Notes: generated by a model not told the origin, from the sequence alone. DNA of 64,000 bases from Acidobacteriota bacterium (GCA_963666215.2 CAXWPL010000005.1:1440001-1504000), one strand, 5' to 3'. Positions 30,851 to 41,954 are shown, numbered from the stretch's first letter. Made by a program: numbers and translations.

Positions 30851-32333
30851 TTGCGAAGTGCTTCTCGAGACGAGCTACCACGTCGGGCTTGCTGGCGGCA
30901 ATATTGTGGTCCTCGAATGGGTCCGCCTCGGTGTCGAACAAGATCTTCTTCTCCTCGAAGCCATCGACCAACTTGTAGCGATGGTCCTGCACCAATCGGA
31001 ACCTGCCGGAGGCGGCGTTGCCCGTCTGGAGCGCGGAGCGGAGATGCTCCCGATGCTCTCCCTTGCCGGAGTCGAGCACAGGCCGCAGCGAGCGACTATC
31101 CATGTCGTCGGGCACGGCGACCTCGGCGTAGTCGAGGCTGGTGGCAGCCAGGTCCATAAAGGAGACCAGGGAGTCACTACGGACACCCCTCGCGATTCCC
31201 GGGCCGGCCATGACCAGCGGCACCCTCGCCGAGGCCTCGTGGGGAAGCGACTTGCCCCAGTAGTCGTGGTCGCCGAGCATCTCGCCGTGATCGCTGGTGT
31301 AGACGACGATGGTGTCGTCCGCCTCGCCACGCTCCTCGAGCCGCTTCTGGTAGATGCCGAGCTGGCGGTCGATGTTCTCGATCATCGCCGCGTAGTTCTG
31401 GCGGATGCGGATGTGGTGCTCCGGCGTGAAGGGGGACGGAGGAGCGAGCATCCGCCCGCCACGCCCGATGCCCTTGTAGTTATGCGGCTGCGGGAAGTCC
31501 TCGATCACCCGGTCGGGGCCACGGTACAGCCGCTCCATCCTGCGAGTGATGTCCATCGGCGGATGGGGTCCATTGAAGTTGACGATCAGAAACCACGGGC
31601 TCCCGTCCGGAGCACCGTCGAGGAGATCCAGCCCGGTGCGCGCCGTGTAGTTGGCTTTGTAGGCCTCGTCGCTGAGCGGCGTGGGCTCCGTCCTTCCCCA
31701 CCAGTTGAGATGCCGCGGTCTGGCGCGCTTGGCCATATCTTCCGCGTGGATCCTGAGCATGGGTGGGTCCAGCGATTGGAGGTAGTGCCCATAGGGATTG
31801 TCGAGCGAGGTCCCTTTGCTGCCGGTGATCAGCATGTCGGAGAAGCCCCACTCCTCCATGTGCAGCTTGCCGTCGGGAGTCCGCCCGTCCGCTCCTTTGT
31901 GCAGATCGATCTTGCCGCAGGCCATGGTGTGGTAGCCGCTCTGGTGAAGGTGCTTGTAGAAGGTGGTCCGGTCAAGCGGCATCGCAACCGCGTTCGTCGG
32001 CGCCCCGCAGTTCTCATACTCTGCGCCCAACGCCAGGCAAGCCCGCGACGGTCCGCACACCGGCGCCGCCACGATCGCCCGCGTGAAGTCGACGCCGCGT
32101 GCCGCCAGGGCGTCGATGTTGGGTGTCGGGATCGGGATCTGCGGATTGCGTCCCAGCCAGTCGAAGCGGTGCTGGTCGGAAACGAGCATCAGGATATTGG
32201 GTCTCTTGGTCGAGCGCGGTCCCGGGATCTGAGCCGCGCCGGGGCCGGATAGAGCGGCCGTCGCGGTGGCCGCGGCGGCTCCCGCGAGGAAGTCGCGTCG
32301 AGAAGTGAGCTTCTGGCTGTTCTTTCTCTTCAT
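30843..32333 (-). CDS. Tat-exported sulfatase family protein
   Basis: SRRDFL, SDQHR, CGPSR, TSDHGEMLGDH. Confidence 0.9.
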   Translation of the reverse strand: MKRKNSQKLTSRRDFLAGAAAATATAALSGPGAAQIPGPRSTKRPNILMLVSDQHRFDWLGRNPQIPIPTPNIDALAARGVDFTRAIVAAPVCGPSRACLALGAEYENCGAPTNAVAMPLDRTTFYKHLHQSGYHTMACGKIDLHKGADGRTPDGKLHMEEWGFSDMLITGSKGTSLDNPYGHYLQSLDPPMLRIHAEDMAKRARPRHLNWWGRTEPTPLSDEAYKANYTARTGLDLLDGAPDGSPWFLIVNFNGPHPPMDITRRMERLYRGPDRVIEDFPQPHNYKGIGRGGRMLAPPSPFTPEHHIRIRQNYAAMIENIDRQLGIYQKRLEERGEADDTIVVYTSDHGEMLGDHDYWGKSLPHEASARVPLVMAGPGIARGVRSDSLVSFMDLAATSLDYAEVAVPDDMDSRSLRPVLDSGKGEHREHLRSALQTGNAASGRFRLVQDHRYKLVDGFEEKKILFDTEADPFEDHNIAASKPDVVARLEKHFANA

Positions 32334-32374
32334 CTTGGACTCCTTCGCTTCCAGCATAGCGTAGCCGTGCGGGT

Positions 32375-32800
32375 CTAACGAGGGAGCGGAAGCGCGAAAG
32401 CCAGCAGCCACGACTTCCTCGCCCCCGCCGCCGATGGTCTCGCGAAGTTTCTTTCAGGGCCGGCCTGCACGGCCCGCTCGATCGACATCCCGGGCCCGGG
32501 GGTCTCGCCACCACCGGCGACCAGGATGAACTGACGCCCCTCGTGCATATAGGTCATCGGTGAGCTGTGCAGGGTTACATCGCTCCTGACCTGTGCGATC
32601 AGCTCGCCGCTCGCCTTGTCATAAGCGTCGAGGTAGCTGCCGTTCGCCGACCGATCACCGAGCTCGTCGACGATCGGCTCGATAGTGACGAGCAGTGTCT
32701 TGGTGACGAGCACTCCACCTTCAGCAACGATCCCCTGCTGCGGTGGCGTACCCAGACGGCCCAGATTCAGGTGCTTGATTGCGGGGTGGTTTCTCGGCTG
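32375..32800 (-). pseudogene. C-terminal fragment of a PQQ-dependent dehydrogenase
   Basis: PRNHPAIKHL, LVTKTLL, AYDKASG, PMTYMHEGRQF. Confidence 0.75.
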
Positions 32801-33066
32801 TCGCTCCTCGAAACAGATCCGCATGTGGATTCAGCAGGTTAGAGCGCGGGTCCTCACTGCTGCCGCCACTGGCTGTTGCGTCCCCGACTCAATGGGTGGA
32901 CGAGTATTGAGGAGGCACAGCGCTCATTGCGCGGTCCGGGCGACAGGGTCACTTCTGTGTTGATTAGAAGAGACTTCTGAACCGGGGCGCTGCCCCTACT
33001 CGGTGCGGGCCGGTTCAGCCGCCACCAAGGAGGGTGACCAACTTCTCGGGCCTGGCGCGAGCGATC

Positions 33067-35652
33067 CTAGTTGGAATCGCTGGCCGGGCTCTCGCCCACC
33101 CAGAACGGGCTCGACCACGCCATCGCGCCGTCAACCTGGCGCACCCGCACGTAGTAGTAGTCGCCGGGCTGCGGATTGTCGAGATCCACGTATCGAAAGT
33201 CTTGATCGACGTCGCCCTGGTCGCTGACCACCTGGACGGCGAGGGCGTCGGTTTGATCCAGCACTTGATACTCCCGCCGGTCGACCTGACCGCCGAGGCT
33301 TCCGAGCCGAAAGGCTTCGACCCGGGCGGGAAGCCGCTGCGACTCGCGCACGTCGCTTCCCGTTCCGCGCAACTCTTGCGTCGACTCCATGTCCACGATC
33401 ACGCGCGTGTCGGCGTCGGCGCCGCGCAGCCGAAGTAGAATCGCCGCACTGCGTCCTCGAGTGAGCATTCTGAACCGGACCTCATTCCCCGTCCGCTCCG
33501 TGGAGTAGGAACCTGGATGGCGGAACCAAGGGTCTCGGTGACCGACGACCTCTGCGCCCTCGACGCGAATGACGCCTAGCCACGGCCGACTGCCCCGCGG
33601 GCCCCGGCGATCGCCCACGACCTCGGTCGACGCCTCGAAACTCACTTGTACGACCGCGTCGCTTGTCATATCAGCCTCGAGATACCGCTGCGAATACACG
33701 ATGCGGCCGTTCTTGACCACATCGATGGCGTCAATCGGAGCCGTGCCGTGCACTCGGCATTCCAACTCTCTCCGGTTCGTGGCGGGCTGCTCCTGTCCCA
33801 TGGGGACCCCATTGAGCCACGCGTCAAGGACAATGCGTTCGCCGGTGGTCGCATACGTCGCCCGACTGCGCAGCGCGTTGAAGATTGCTTCACCCGTGTT
33901 CTCCGCCGCTAGGACCGCGGCGAGTCCGCCCAGTTGCGTACCCGAAGACTGTCCGGGCCCGCCCATAAAGCCGTAACCCGGGTGTCCGGTATGGTTGTCC
34001 GACGCGCCGACAAACCCGATCCGGAACCCGTTCTGCAAGTACCGATTGCCATACCAGTCGAACGTGCCGTGGCTGGACTGGATCTCGACCAGCCTCTCCA
34101 TCTCCCCGTCGCTGCGGGTCCAGTCGCCCGGCTGATGGGCGTGCGGAATGATCAGCACGTCGTCACTCCGGTTCGCTGCTCGCAGTTCTGCGTACAGCTC
34201 GTCGAGCAGAGGCTTTGTTTGCGTGCCGACGCGTCGTCGTCCAGGCACGTCGCGGAACAAGACGTTGTGGTGTCCGCCGTCGCCCAGCGAAGTCGTCCAC
34301 TCGAACCCGAGAATCGGCGTGAATCGCCCTGGCGCGCGGTATTCCTCGGCAAGCTGTTGTAGCGTCCGCCATTCGCCGTCGTCGAGCCAGCGGTCGTGCT
34401 CGGACAATGTGAGAAAGTCGAGTCGGGCTACGTCACGCCCGAAGCGGAAGTATCCTTCGGCGGAACCTTGTCCCTCCGCCATCCCGGTGTGACCGTGCGT
34501 CTCTCCCCAGTAGATGCGCCGAGCCGGATTCCTTTCGACGAGGATGGGGTTGCTGGCCCCTTGCAAGGTCCCGTCGGCGGTGCGCACTGCGAACCGATGG
34601 ACGCCGGCGGAGCGGATGGCGACGTTCTCGATCTGCACCAGCGCTTCCGACTCGGCCGCAAGCGTCCGGAAGGGCTCGCCGTCCAGCAGCACCTCCAATT
34701 CGCCTGGACCGGCGGACGCAACGTTGCGAAAGCGGTCCTCGGCGCGAACCGTCAGGGTGAATTCCTCGCCCGGTTCGACCACCGATGGCGCAATCGCGTT
34801 CAGGAAGCTCGCTTTCTCCTCTCCGACGACCTCGAACGACGGCCAATCGGGCCAAAGGAGCACGCCGTCTCCGTCCAAGTCCACCAAGAACGGAAGTCGG
34901 ACTTCGTCGTTGGACCACTCCTGCAGCTTCATGCCCGGCCCGCCGCCGGATCGATCCCCGTACGTCACGGTCACAGTGTCTCCCTCTTGCAGCGTGGCGC
35001 CGCTCAGACGGAATCCGATCGCGGTTCCGGTAAGTCCAGCCGGGTAGCTCGTCCATGGCTCGACGGAGGAGAGCCGGGCGTTCGGATTCGAAGAGCGGAC
35101 GGTGACGAAGTCGGCCTCGGTGGCGCCCGTAGACAAGGCGCCGTTTCGCCGCCCCTTGGCAAGAATCAGCCCGCCGCCTTCGGCGATCGGCCGGTCCCCG
35201 ACGGTGTAGGTCTGCGTTACCGTGGCGTACCCTCCCGCTGGAAAGGGCCCCTCGGAAGAGATCGTCAGGCTGCCCAAGGCTCCAGGGGCCTCGTCCGGGA
35301 CTTGGAGTTGCCGGACCATATAGCCGATGAGATCAGAAATGCGGTCGACCGGGATTGGTTGACCGGAAAGCCCACGCAAGGCCCGGTTCAGGAAGGACGC
35401 GTTCGGAGGGAAGTCATCAGCGATGCGACCGCGCTCTCGCGCGTATGCGTTCCCCCATTCCCAAAGAGTCCGGAACCTGGAGCTTAGCTCGTCGACGTCG
35501 TCTGTCGGAACAGAGGCCTTTTCCACCAGCGCGTCGACTCGGGCGCGTAGCTCTTGCGACAGGTAGTCGCCCGAGCTGCGCCGGTCTTGAGCCGCTACGA
35601 CCCCAACAAGAAAAGCCAGAACGGTGATGGACGCGACGCGAACGAATCTCAT
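33067..35652 (-). CDS. Large DUF3604/PHP-like exported protein
   Basis: WGETHGHT, SEHD, HHNV, GASDNH, YATTGERI, YYYVRVRQ..AWSSP. Confidence 0.78.
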   Translation of the reverse strand: MRFVRVASITVLAFLVGVVAAQDRRSSGDYLSQELRARVDALVEKASVPTDDVDELSSRFRTLWEWGNAYARERGRIADDFPPNASFLNRALRGLSGQPIPVDRISDLIGYMVRQLQVPDEAPGALGSLTISSEGPFPAGGYATVTQTYTVGDRPIAEGGGLILAKGRRNGALSTGATEADFVTVRSSNPNARLSSVEPWTSYPAGLTGTAIGFRLSGATLQEGDTVTVTYGDRSGGGPGMKLQEWSNDEVRLPFLVDLDGDGVLLWPDWPSFEVVGEEKASFLNAIAPSVVEPGEEFTLTVRAEDRFRNVASAGPGELEVLLDGEPFRTLAAESEALVQIENVAIRSAGVHRFAVRTADGTLQGASNPILVERNPARRIYWGETHGHTGMAEGQGSAEGYFRFGRDVARLDFLTLSEHDRWLDDGEWRTLQQLAEEYRAPGRFTPILGFEWTTSLGDGGHHNVLFRDVPGRRRVGTQTKPLLDELYAELRAANRSDDVLIIPHAHQPGDWTRSDGEMERLVEIQSSHGTFDWYGNRYLQNGFRIGFVGASDNHTGHPGYGFMGGPGQSSGTQLGGLAAVLAAENTGEAIFNALRSRATYATTGERIVLDAWLNGVPMGQEQPATNRRELECRVHGTAPIDAIDVVKNGRIVYSQRYLEADMTSDAVVQVSFEASTEVVGDRRGPRGSRPWLGVIRVEGAEVVGHRDPWFRHPGSYSTERTGNEVRFRMLTRGRSAAILLRLRGADADTRVIVDMESTQELRGTGSDVRESQRLPARVEAFRLGSLGGQVDRREYQVLDQTDALAVQVVSDQGDVDQDFRYVDLDNPQPGDYYYVRVRQVDGAMAWSSPFWVGESPASDSN

Positions 35653-35869
35653 GAGCACGCTGAGTGCCCGATAGTGTACCAGGCCCCTTGAATCGCGCAG
35701 CCCTTCGGCGCCAACGATCGTCGGAGCCTACAGACCGCCCAACGGTCAACCGAGTGGCTGGATTCACACAGCAGAAGCCCGAGGAGCAGGCGTTGAATAG
35801 TTGGTCGAGAAAGAGTTCCTGAGACTCCTTGATCGAGCGCGATCTTGAGGGCCTCGTCCAGGGGCAGCG

Positions 35870-36426
35870 GACGCTCCTTCACCCTCTTCGGCAATCTGCT
35901 GCTCGAGCTTGGCGCCCAACGGGCTGGTCACGAACATATAGCCTGAGCGCTTGTCGTTGAAGGTGTCCAGTATGAGCTGAAAGTTGTCTTCATCGAGCAG
36001 CTGTAACGAGTCGCGTCGCATCTCGGTTGCAATGACGCCGTTCGCAATCGAATCGTAGGCCTCGACCCCCACATAGAGCCGTTCGTCGTCGTACATCAAT
36101 CGCACAACCGTCCGCTCCGTCGCCGGGTCGCCTTCTGCCGGCTCTTGCTGGATGAAGTCGTCGATGATCGCCGCGTTGAGCCATGCCTCTTCGTCGAGGA
36201 TCCCATCCAAGTTAGGGGGACGGCTCGTATACGACGGCTCGACACTATCGAGCTCGTCCGGGATAAGCGCCTGTCGTTCACCGCCGAAGCTCAACGTGCC
36301 ACCGGCTTCTGGGACGGACGGTGCCTCGCCGGCTTGTTGGGCGCCTGCAGCGGTGCCCAGTAACAAGGTGAGACACAGAATCAAACCAACCGGGTGTCGA
36401 CTCGTGGTGGACAGAAGCGCTGGCAT
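35870..36426 (-). pseudogene. CBM9-like / DUF5916 protein N-terminal fragment
   Basis: PNLDGILDEEAW..FIQQEP.EG..ATERT..LDTFNDKR. Confidence 0.7.
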
Positions 36427-36794
36427 GTCGGGAGAACTCCGGGGAGTGATGGACGAGCAACCCTAGTTGTAACTCGGTCTCGAAGACAGCGAGCGCCGCG
36501 CAACTCGTCGTGACGGCACGCACGCAACCAGCGCCAACGCCACCTGCGCACCCATCAAGAGGTCCCGCGCGCGAAGGTATGAGGGACCGTGAGTCACGCC
36601 CGGCGCTTCGGCCTTCAGCCGCAGGGGGAGCCACGCATCGTCTAGCGGCCCGTGGTAGCGGGGCCCATGATGAATGCCGGCTAGCGATGCGCAGCCTCCT
36701 GAGCACTCGACGGTTTGAGGGGAAGCTTCGCTAGCAGCCCGTGGTAAAAAGCCCCGCGGCATGCGACGGGCGCTCCATCCCCGCCGGCTGCGTT

Positions 36795-36922
36795 GCTTCG
36801 GTGGTGTTCGACACCTTCCTCGACAGACGGCATGGCGTGGCGGTCTACACCAACCCGCTGGGCGCCCTCGGCGACTTCCAGATCACCAACGAAGGGAACC
36901 CCAACCGCGACTGGAACCCGGT
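36795..36922 (+). pseudogene. Second DUF5916-like fragment
   Basis: VVFDTFLDRRHG..TNPLGA..NRDWNPV. Confidence 0.55.
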
Positions 36923-37005
36923 GGCCGCCGCGTTGCTCATCATCGGGTGCTGTGGGATTTCCGGCATCCGAGCTACACTGGCGCTGCCCGGAGGTGTGTA
37001 GACCC

Positions 37006-38118
37006 ATGAAGAAGCTTCTGATCCTGACCCCCGCCATCATCTTCGCGCCGCTGCTGATGGTGGTCGCCTGTGATCCGGGCCCGACGCAGGTGATAGCGCC
37101 GGGTGTGGATGACATCGCGGTGATGCGGCCTCCACCCGGTGTAGACATCGACCGGACCCACGCCTCCGGGCAGGTGGTCGACCCGGATGGACGCGCCGGG
37201 TGGTATCCCCACGAGGGCGGTCTCATGGAGTACCGCGTCGCCATCCGGTTCGGACAGGAGCCCCACACGATGCCCGAGGGCTGGAGCTTTGGACGGGTGT
37301 CGGCGGTGGCCACCGACTCGAGCGGAGACGTATATGTATTTCACCGGGGGGATGCCGCCGATCCGATCGTGGTGTTCGACGCCGAGGGAACCTATCAGCG
37401 CTCGTTCGGCGTCGATCTGGACTTCGGCAACGAGCATGGGCTGCGGATCGACCGCCACGACAACGTCTGGGTGACCGACAACGGCAACCACCGGGTGATG
37501 AAGCTCTCGACCGAGGGCGAGGTGCTGATGACGCTGGGCCGCAAGGGGCAGGCTGGCACCAGCGACGACACCTTCGACCGGCCGGCCGACATCGCGTTCG
37601 GGCCAAACGACGAGCTGTACGTCGCCGACGGGTATGGCAACAGCCGGGTGGTGAAGTACGACGCCGAGGGCAACTTCGTGAAGACCTGGGGCACACCGGG
37701 CTCGGGACCGGGTGAGTTCGATCTGGTCCACTCGGTGGCCGTCGACTCCCAGGGGAGGGTCTACGCCAGCGACCGGGAGAACAACCGGATCCAGATCTTC
37801 GACCCCGATGGCACGCTGCTCGACACCTGGAACCACCTGGGCGCCACGCAGAACGTCTTCATCACCCCCGACGACCAGGTGTGGGTGATCACGCACCGAG
37901 ACAACGTCGAGAACATCACCTACGACACGCTGGCCGGCCGGATCATGCGGGTCGACATCGACACTGGTGAGATCATCGGCGCGATGGAGAGCCCCGGCCA
38001 CTGGATCGACGTGGCCGGGAACGGCGACATCTTCATCGGCAGCCTCACCGGCAACGTCTTCCGCTGGTACCAGGAGTGGATGGAAACCGAACAGGCGGCG
38101 CAGGCCGAGCGCCCCTAG
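37006..38118 (+). CDS. NHL-repeat PAL-like lipoprotein, paralog of 14308-15414
   Basis: VVAC lipobox; shared GWYPHEGGLMEYRVAIRFG and near-identical propeller. Confidence 0.88.
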   Translation: MKKLLILTPAIIFAPLLMVVACDPGPTQVIAPGVDDIAVMRPPPGVDIDRTHASGQVVDPDGRAGWYPHEGGLMEYRVAIRFGQEPHTMPEGWSFGRVSAVATDSSGDVYVFHRGDAADPIVVFDAEGTYQRSFGVDLDFGNEHGLRIDRHDNVWVTDNGNHRVMKLSTEGEVLMTLGRKGQAGTSDDTFDRPADIAFGPNDELYVADGYGNSRVVKYDAEGNFVKTWGTPGSGPGEFDLVHSVAVDSQGRVYASDRENNRIQIFDPDGTLLDTWNHLGATQNVFITPDDQVWVITHRDNVENITYDTLAGRIMRVDIDTGEIIGAMESPGHWIDVAGNGDIFIGSLTGNVFRWYQEWMETEQAAQAERP

Positions 38119-38332
38119 CAGTCCGTGGCAAAGTCGCGCGTGGCACCGAGACGATGCCCAGGGGCTGAACGCGCCCAACGGTATCGCGTTCAGGGAGGGG
38201 GGCGCTCTACGTGGCCGAGCTCGATCGCGTGCTCCGGTACGACGACATCGAGACGCGCCTCGAGAATCCGCCAGATCCGACGGTGGTCAGCGATGCGTTT
38301 CCGTCGGACTGGATGCATGGCTGGAAGTTCGT

Positions 38333-38410
38333 TCAGACGGTCCCGGACGAGGGACTTTGCGGCGCAGAGGACGAAGACATCAGCGCCCGCTGCTTGGCTG
38401 AAGATCGCGC
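38333..38410 (+). pseudogene. Internal DUF5615 fragment overlapping 4857-4892
   Basis: TCAGACGGTCCCGGACGAGGGACTTTGCGGCGCAGA shared, then continues EDEDISARCLAEDR. Confidence 0.65.
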
Positions 38411-38438
38411 CCGCTCTCTGGTAGTGTAGACTCAGATC

Positions 38439-38642
38439 GTGCTTCGGACCGTGAAAGCCGAGATTGACGAGGAGGGCCGGATCCGGCCCGATGAGGACGT
38501 GCCTCTGGAGCCCGGGACAAAGGTGCTGATCACCTTCCTCGGAGAGGTTGCCGAGGAGGCGCTGCTTAGCGAACGGTCGCTTTCGGCTGACTGGTCGCGG
38601 CCGGAGGAAGACGCGGCGTGGTCGCACTTGAACCCGGCATAG
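38439..38642 (+). CDS. Small antitoxin-like protein
   Basis: LLSERSL..DWSRPEEDAAWSHL, overlapping a MazF-like gene. Confidence 0.7.
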   Translation: MLRTVKAEIDEEGRIRPDEDVPLEPGTKVLITFLGEVAEEALLSERSLSADWSRPEEDAAWSHLNPA

Positions 38643-38959
38643 TCGTTCTCGTCCGGTTTCCTTTCTCCGATCTCTCCGCCTCTAAGTTCCGCCCGGCAGT
38701 AGTGCTGGCCCATGCAGGTGGCTAGGATTGGGTGCTGTGCCAGGTCACGAGTAATCCATATGGAGACCCGAAGGCGGTGCCACTCACCGGCGCAGCGTTC
38801 GCATCAGGGGGGCTTCGCCGCGACAGCTTCGCGCGGCCGGGGAAACTGTTCACGGCGAACGCGTCGATTGTTGAGAGGGCCGTGGGTAACCTCAGGTCCG
38901 CCACGCTGAGGACGCTCATCGAAGCAGTAGTTGGCGTGCTTGATGAGGGCGGCAAGTGA
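38618..38959 (+). pseudogene. mazF: MazF/PemK toxin with in-frame TAG at 38723
   Basis: VRFPFSDLS..KFRPAVV, LCQVTS, RPGKLFT. Confidence 0.8.
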
Positions 38960-38965
38960 GGCGCT

Positions 38966-39032
38966 CGCTAACAACTCGCTGCAGCAGACACGGACCTTCG
39001 ACCCGCACGGCTGAGCTCCGGAGCCATTGGGC
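38966..39032 (+). other. Degenerate attC-like site
   Basis: CGCTAACAACTCGCTGCAGCAGAC...GCTGAGCTC...ATTGGGC just after the TA stop; core imperfect. Confidence 0.45.
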
Positions 39033-39301
39033 CGGACAGGTCTTCGAATGCTACTTCCACAAGGACTAGCTCTTCTGTGCGAGCATGGTCGGGCAGGTGG
39101 AGGAGGTAGCCGGTACTCCACTACCGGAACACCGTGGGACCCCCGAGAACAATACCCCCACCGGGGTGCATTTTTAGGTGCATCGAGTGGCAACAGAAAG
39201 CCACTTTTGGCCGCACCTGCCAACAGAAGGCGTGCCCGTAACTGGCTTCTTTTCTTGTAGTTGAGAGTGGGGGAGAGTTGCCTCCAATTGGACCAGGTCC
39301 G

Positions 39302-39358
39302 TCTCAAAATCCCCCGAGGGCAACCCTCGTGAGGGTTCAAATCCCTCCCCCGGTACCA
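39302..39358 (+). tRNA. Second 3' half of tRNA-Leu(CAA), att-site remnant
   Basis: As 5755-5810 but with a different variable arm; ~150 bp upstream also homologous. Confidence 0.85.
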
Positions 39359-39686
39359 CTTCTAATCCCTTCAGAAGGATACGCTTAGGCGGAATCTCAC
39401 TGCCCGAGAAATATTCGGGTGGGACCCTGCCAGCCGAAGGCTGCTGGGGGTCCTCCCCTGTCTGTGAGTGGCGAACCTCATAGGCCTCTCTGGCCGGAGG
39501 CGGCGTCACGTGCCTCTCCGATTTGTTACGCGCTGCTCAACGTAGATGTCAGGCCAATCCAGCGAAGAGTACCCCGTCGTACGTTACGGGCGCGCTACTT
39601 CCTGTAGATGGTGGCTTACTGGTGGGCAAGCTTGCTAAATTCGTATGCCTAACGAGTGATGATCTAGAAGATATTAGGATGAGACG

Positions 39687-40733
39687 ATGAGAATTAGTGT
39701 CGGTGTGCGCGGTCCTGTGCCAGGCCAGAGTGCGAGCTTCGAAGAAGAAGTTCGTTTTGTTCAGGAAGCTGAAAAGTTAGGCGTATTTGCAGCCTGGACC
39801 GTTGAAGGTTGGGGTGCGGATGCCGTGACTCCGCTTGCCTATTTAGCAGCACGAACAGAATCTATCCGCCTAGGCACCGGCATTATGCAGCTCAGTGCAC
39901 GCGTGCCAAGCATGATCGCGATGACCGCTCGCACTCTGGCAGAACTGTCAGGCAATCGATTTTTGTTGGGCTTAGGGGTTAGCGGTGCACAGGTCGTTGA
40001 GGGTTTACATGGCGTACCCTTTCGCGCGCCGCTCACACGGTTAAAAGAGACAGTCGAGATTCTAAAAATGTCCCTGGCCGGGGAAAAGATAGAATTTAGC
40101 GGCAAACAAGTGCGGGTGCCGCTACCTGGTGGGAGAGGCCGTGCTCTACGCTTGAGTGGTAAGAAGAGCGATCCAATTCCCATCTATCTCGCCACGTTGG
40201 GTGAAAGGAGCTTGGAATACACCGGATCCGTAGCGGACGGTTGGATCGGTACTACCTTTTGCCCGGAACATGCGCATGCCTTGTTGCCCCATATCGAGGC
40301 GGGTGCGCAGATGGCCGGTCGAAAACTCACGGATCTAGACATTAGTGCCGGGGCGGCAAGAGTTGAGTTCGGTAACATTGAAGAATTAGTGAACCGAGAG
40401 CGAATGGGACGTGCGTTTACCATCGCAGCCATGGGATCGCGTGACGACAATTACTACGCCGACAGTTACGCTCGAGCAGGCTGGGCGAGCGAGGTCCACG
40501 AGGTGCAAACGCTTTGGCACGCCGGACGCCGCGATGAAGCCGCGAGCAAAGTTCCTTTTGACATGATCATGCAAACAAATTTGTTTGGAGACGACGCAAG
40601 CATGCGCACCCGGATCCAGGCCTATATTGCGGCTGGGGTGACAACGCTAAAAGTGACGCCGGCGGGTGACACCTGGTAGGCGCGTGTCACCACACTTGGT
40701 CGATTGATGGACTTAATAAAGTCCCAACGCTAG
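39687..40733 (+). CDS. LLM-class (luciferase-like, probably F420-dependent) oxidoreductase; TAG at 40677 probably premature
   Basis: EGWGADA.TPL..LAART..IRLGTGIMQ, GLGVSG.QVVEGLHG; frame continues ARVTTLGRLMDL to TAG 40733. Confidence 0.85.
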
Positions 40734-40808
40734 ACCAGCGTCGCTCATGGGGGCTCTCCCTATTGTCCCTTCAGAAAAACAACTGGACCCGCTGGCCGTG
40801 GAGGTCGA

Positions 40809-41954
40809 TCAAGAATCTTCGAGGAAGTCCGACAGGCGTCCGTAGGCTTTGACGAAGTCTTCCTTGAATCCATAGACGACGTTGCGCGTCGACTGAATCT
40901 TGTCGACCAGGCCGACGCCCTGCCCGACAAAGTAGGTCTCGACCTCGATCGCGCCTTCGTGGCCGATCTCGGCGAGCTTGCGGACTTTGGCAAGCGCCGG
41001 ACCGGCCACGATGGGCTGCAGTGGCATCGGCAGAGGGTCTGGGCTTCCTTCGGACTCCCAGGCTTCGGTCCACGGTGAAGCGAGCTGACGGGCATGCTTG
41101 CCGGTGCGACTACGTGAGCGCACGGTCTGGCTGGAGCTCGCTTCGATGAACTTCTGCTTCATCACCTCGGAGGTCTCCGCCTCGGTGGTGGTGAGCCAGA
41201 CCGACCCGGTCCATACGCCGTCGGCGCCCATCGCCATCGCCGCCGCCATCTGCTTGCCGGTCATGATGCCGCCGGCGGCGAGGATCGGCACATCGCCGTA
41301 CTCCTGGATCGCCTCGTAGATCTCTGGAATGAGCACCATCGACGAGACGGTGCCGCAGTGTCCGCCGCCTTCGGTACCCGAGACCACCAGAATGTCGACA
41401 CCTGCCTTGACCTGGTTGATGGCATGCTGCTTCGCGCCAATCAGAGCCGCAACCGGAACGCCCCGTTCTTTGCCCATCTTGAGCAGCCAATCGGGGGGGA
41501 CACCGAGGGCGTTGGCGATCAGCCGAATCGGATGGGAGAAAGCCACATCGACGACATCCTTCGCTCCCTCAGGGCGCAGGTTGTTGCCGAAGCCCGCATG
41601 CGCGAGCCGTGCTTCATCGTTGATATCGCTGGTGTCGATGTCGTGATCTTCGAGAATCTGCGAGGCGAAGCGCTTATGCTCTTCGGGCACCATCCCCAGC
41701 ACCTGCTCCAGCGTCGGCTGCGAGTCGCGAGTGAGCATCGCATTGGGGATCAGTGTGTCGACGCCATAGGGGAGACCGTCGATGTGATCGTCGATCCAGG
41801 AGAGCTCGATCTCGAGCTGCTCGGCCGGCATGGAGGCGATTCCCATCACACCCATCCCTCCCGCCTTGGTCACTTCGACCACGACGTCGCGACAGTGGGT
41901 GAAAGCGATGAGGGGGAACTCGATTCCAAGTAACTCACAGATCCTCGACTTCAT
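40809..41954 (-). CDS. Nitronate monooxygenase (2-nitropropane dioxygenase) family protein
   Basis: GTEGGGHCG, LAAGGI, GVWTGS, GQGVG. Confidence 0.88.
   Translation of the reverse strand: MKSRICELLGIEFPLIAFTHCRDVVVEVTKAGGMGVMGIASMPAEQLEIELSWIDDHIDGLPYGVDTLIPNAMLTRDSQPTLEQVLGMVPEEHKRFASQILEDHDIDTSDINDEARLAHAGFGNNLRPEGAKDVVDVAFSHPIRLIANALGVPPDWLLKMGKERGVPVAALIGAKQHAINQVKAGVDILVVSGTEGGGHCGTVSSMVLIPEIYEAIQEYGDVPILAAGGIMTGKQMAAAMAMGADGVWTGSVWLTTTEAETSEVMKQKFIEASSSQTVRSRSRTGKHARQLASPWTEAWESEGSPDPLPMPLQPIVAGPALAKVRKLAEIGHEGAIEVETYFVGQGVGLVDKIQSTRNVVYGFKEDFVKAYGRLSDFLEDS

Noticed and set aside
38723-40679. Amber (TAG) recoding in mazF and the LLM gene
   Set aside because: TAG is the normal stop of many intact genes here and no pyl or suppressor genes are seen; nonsense mutation is simpler.
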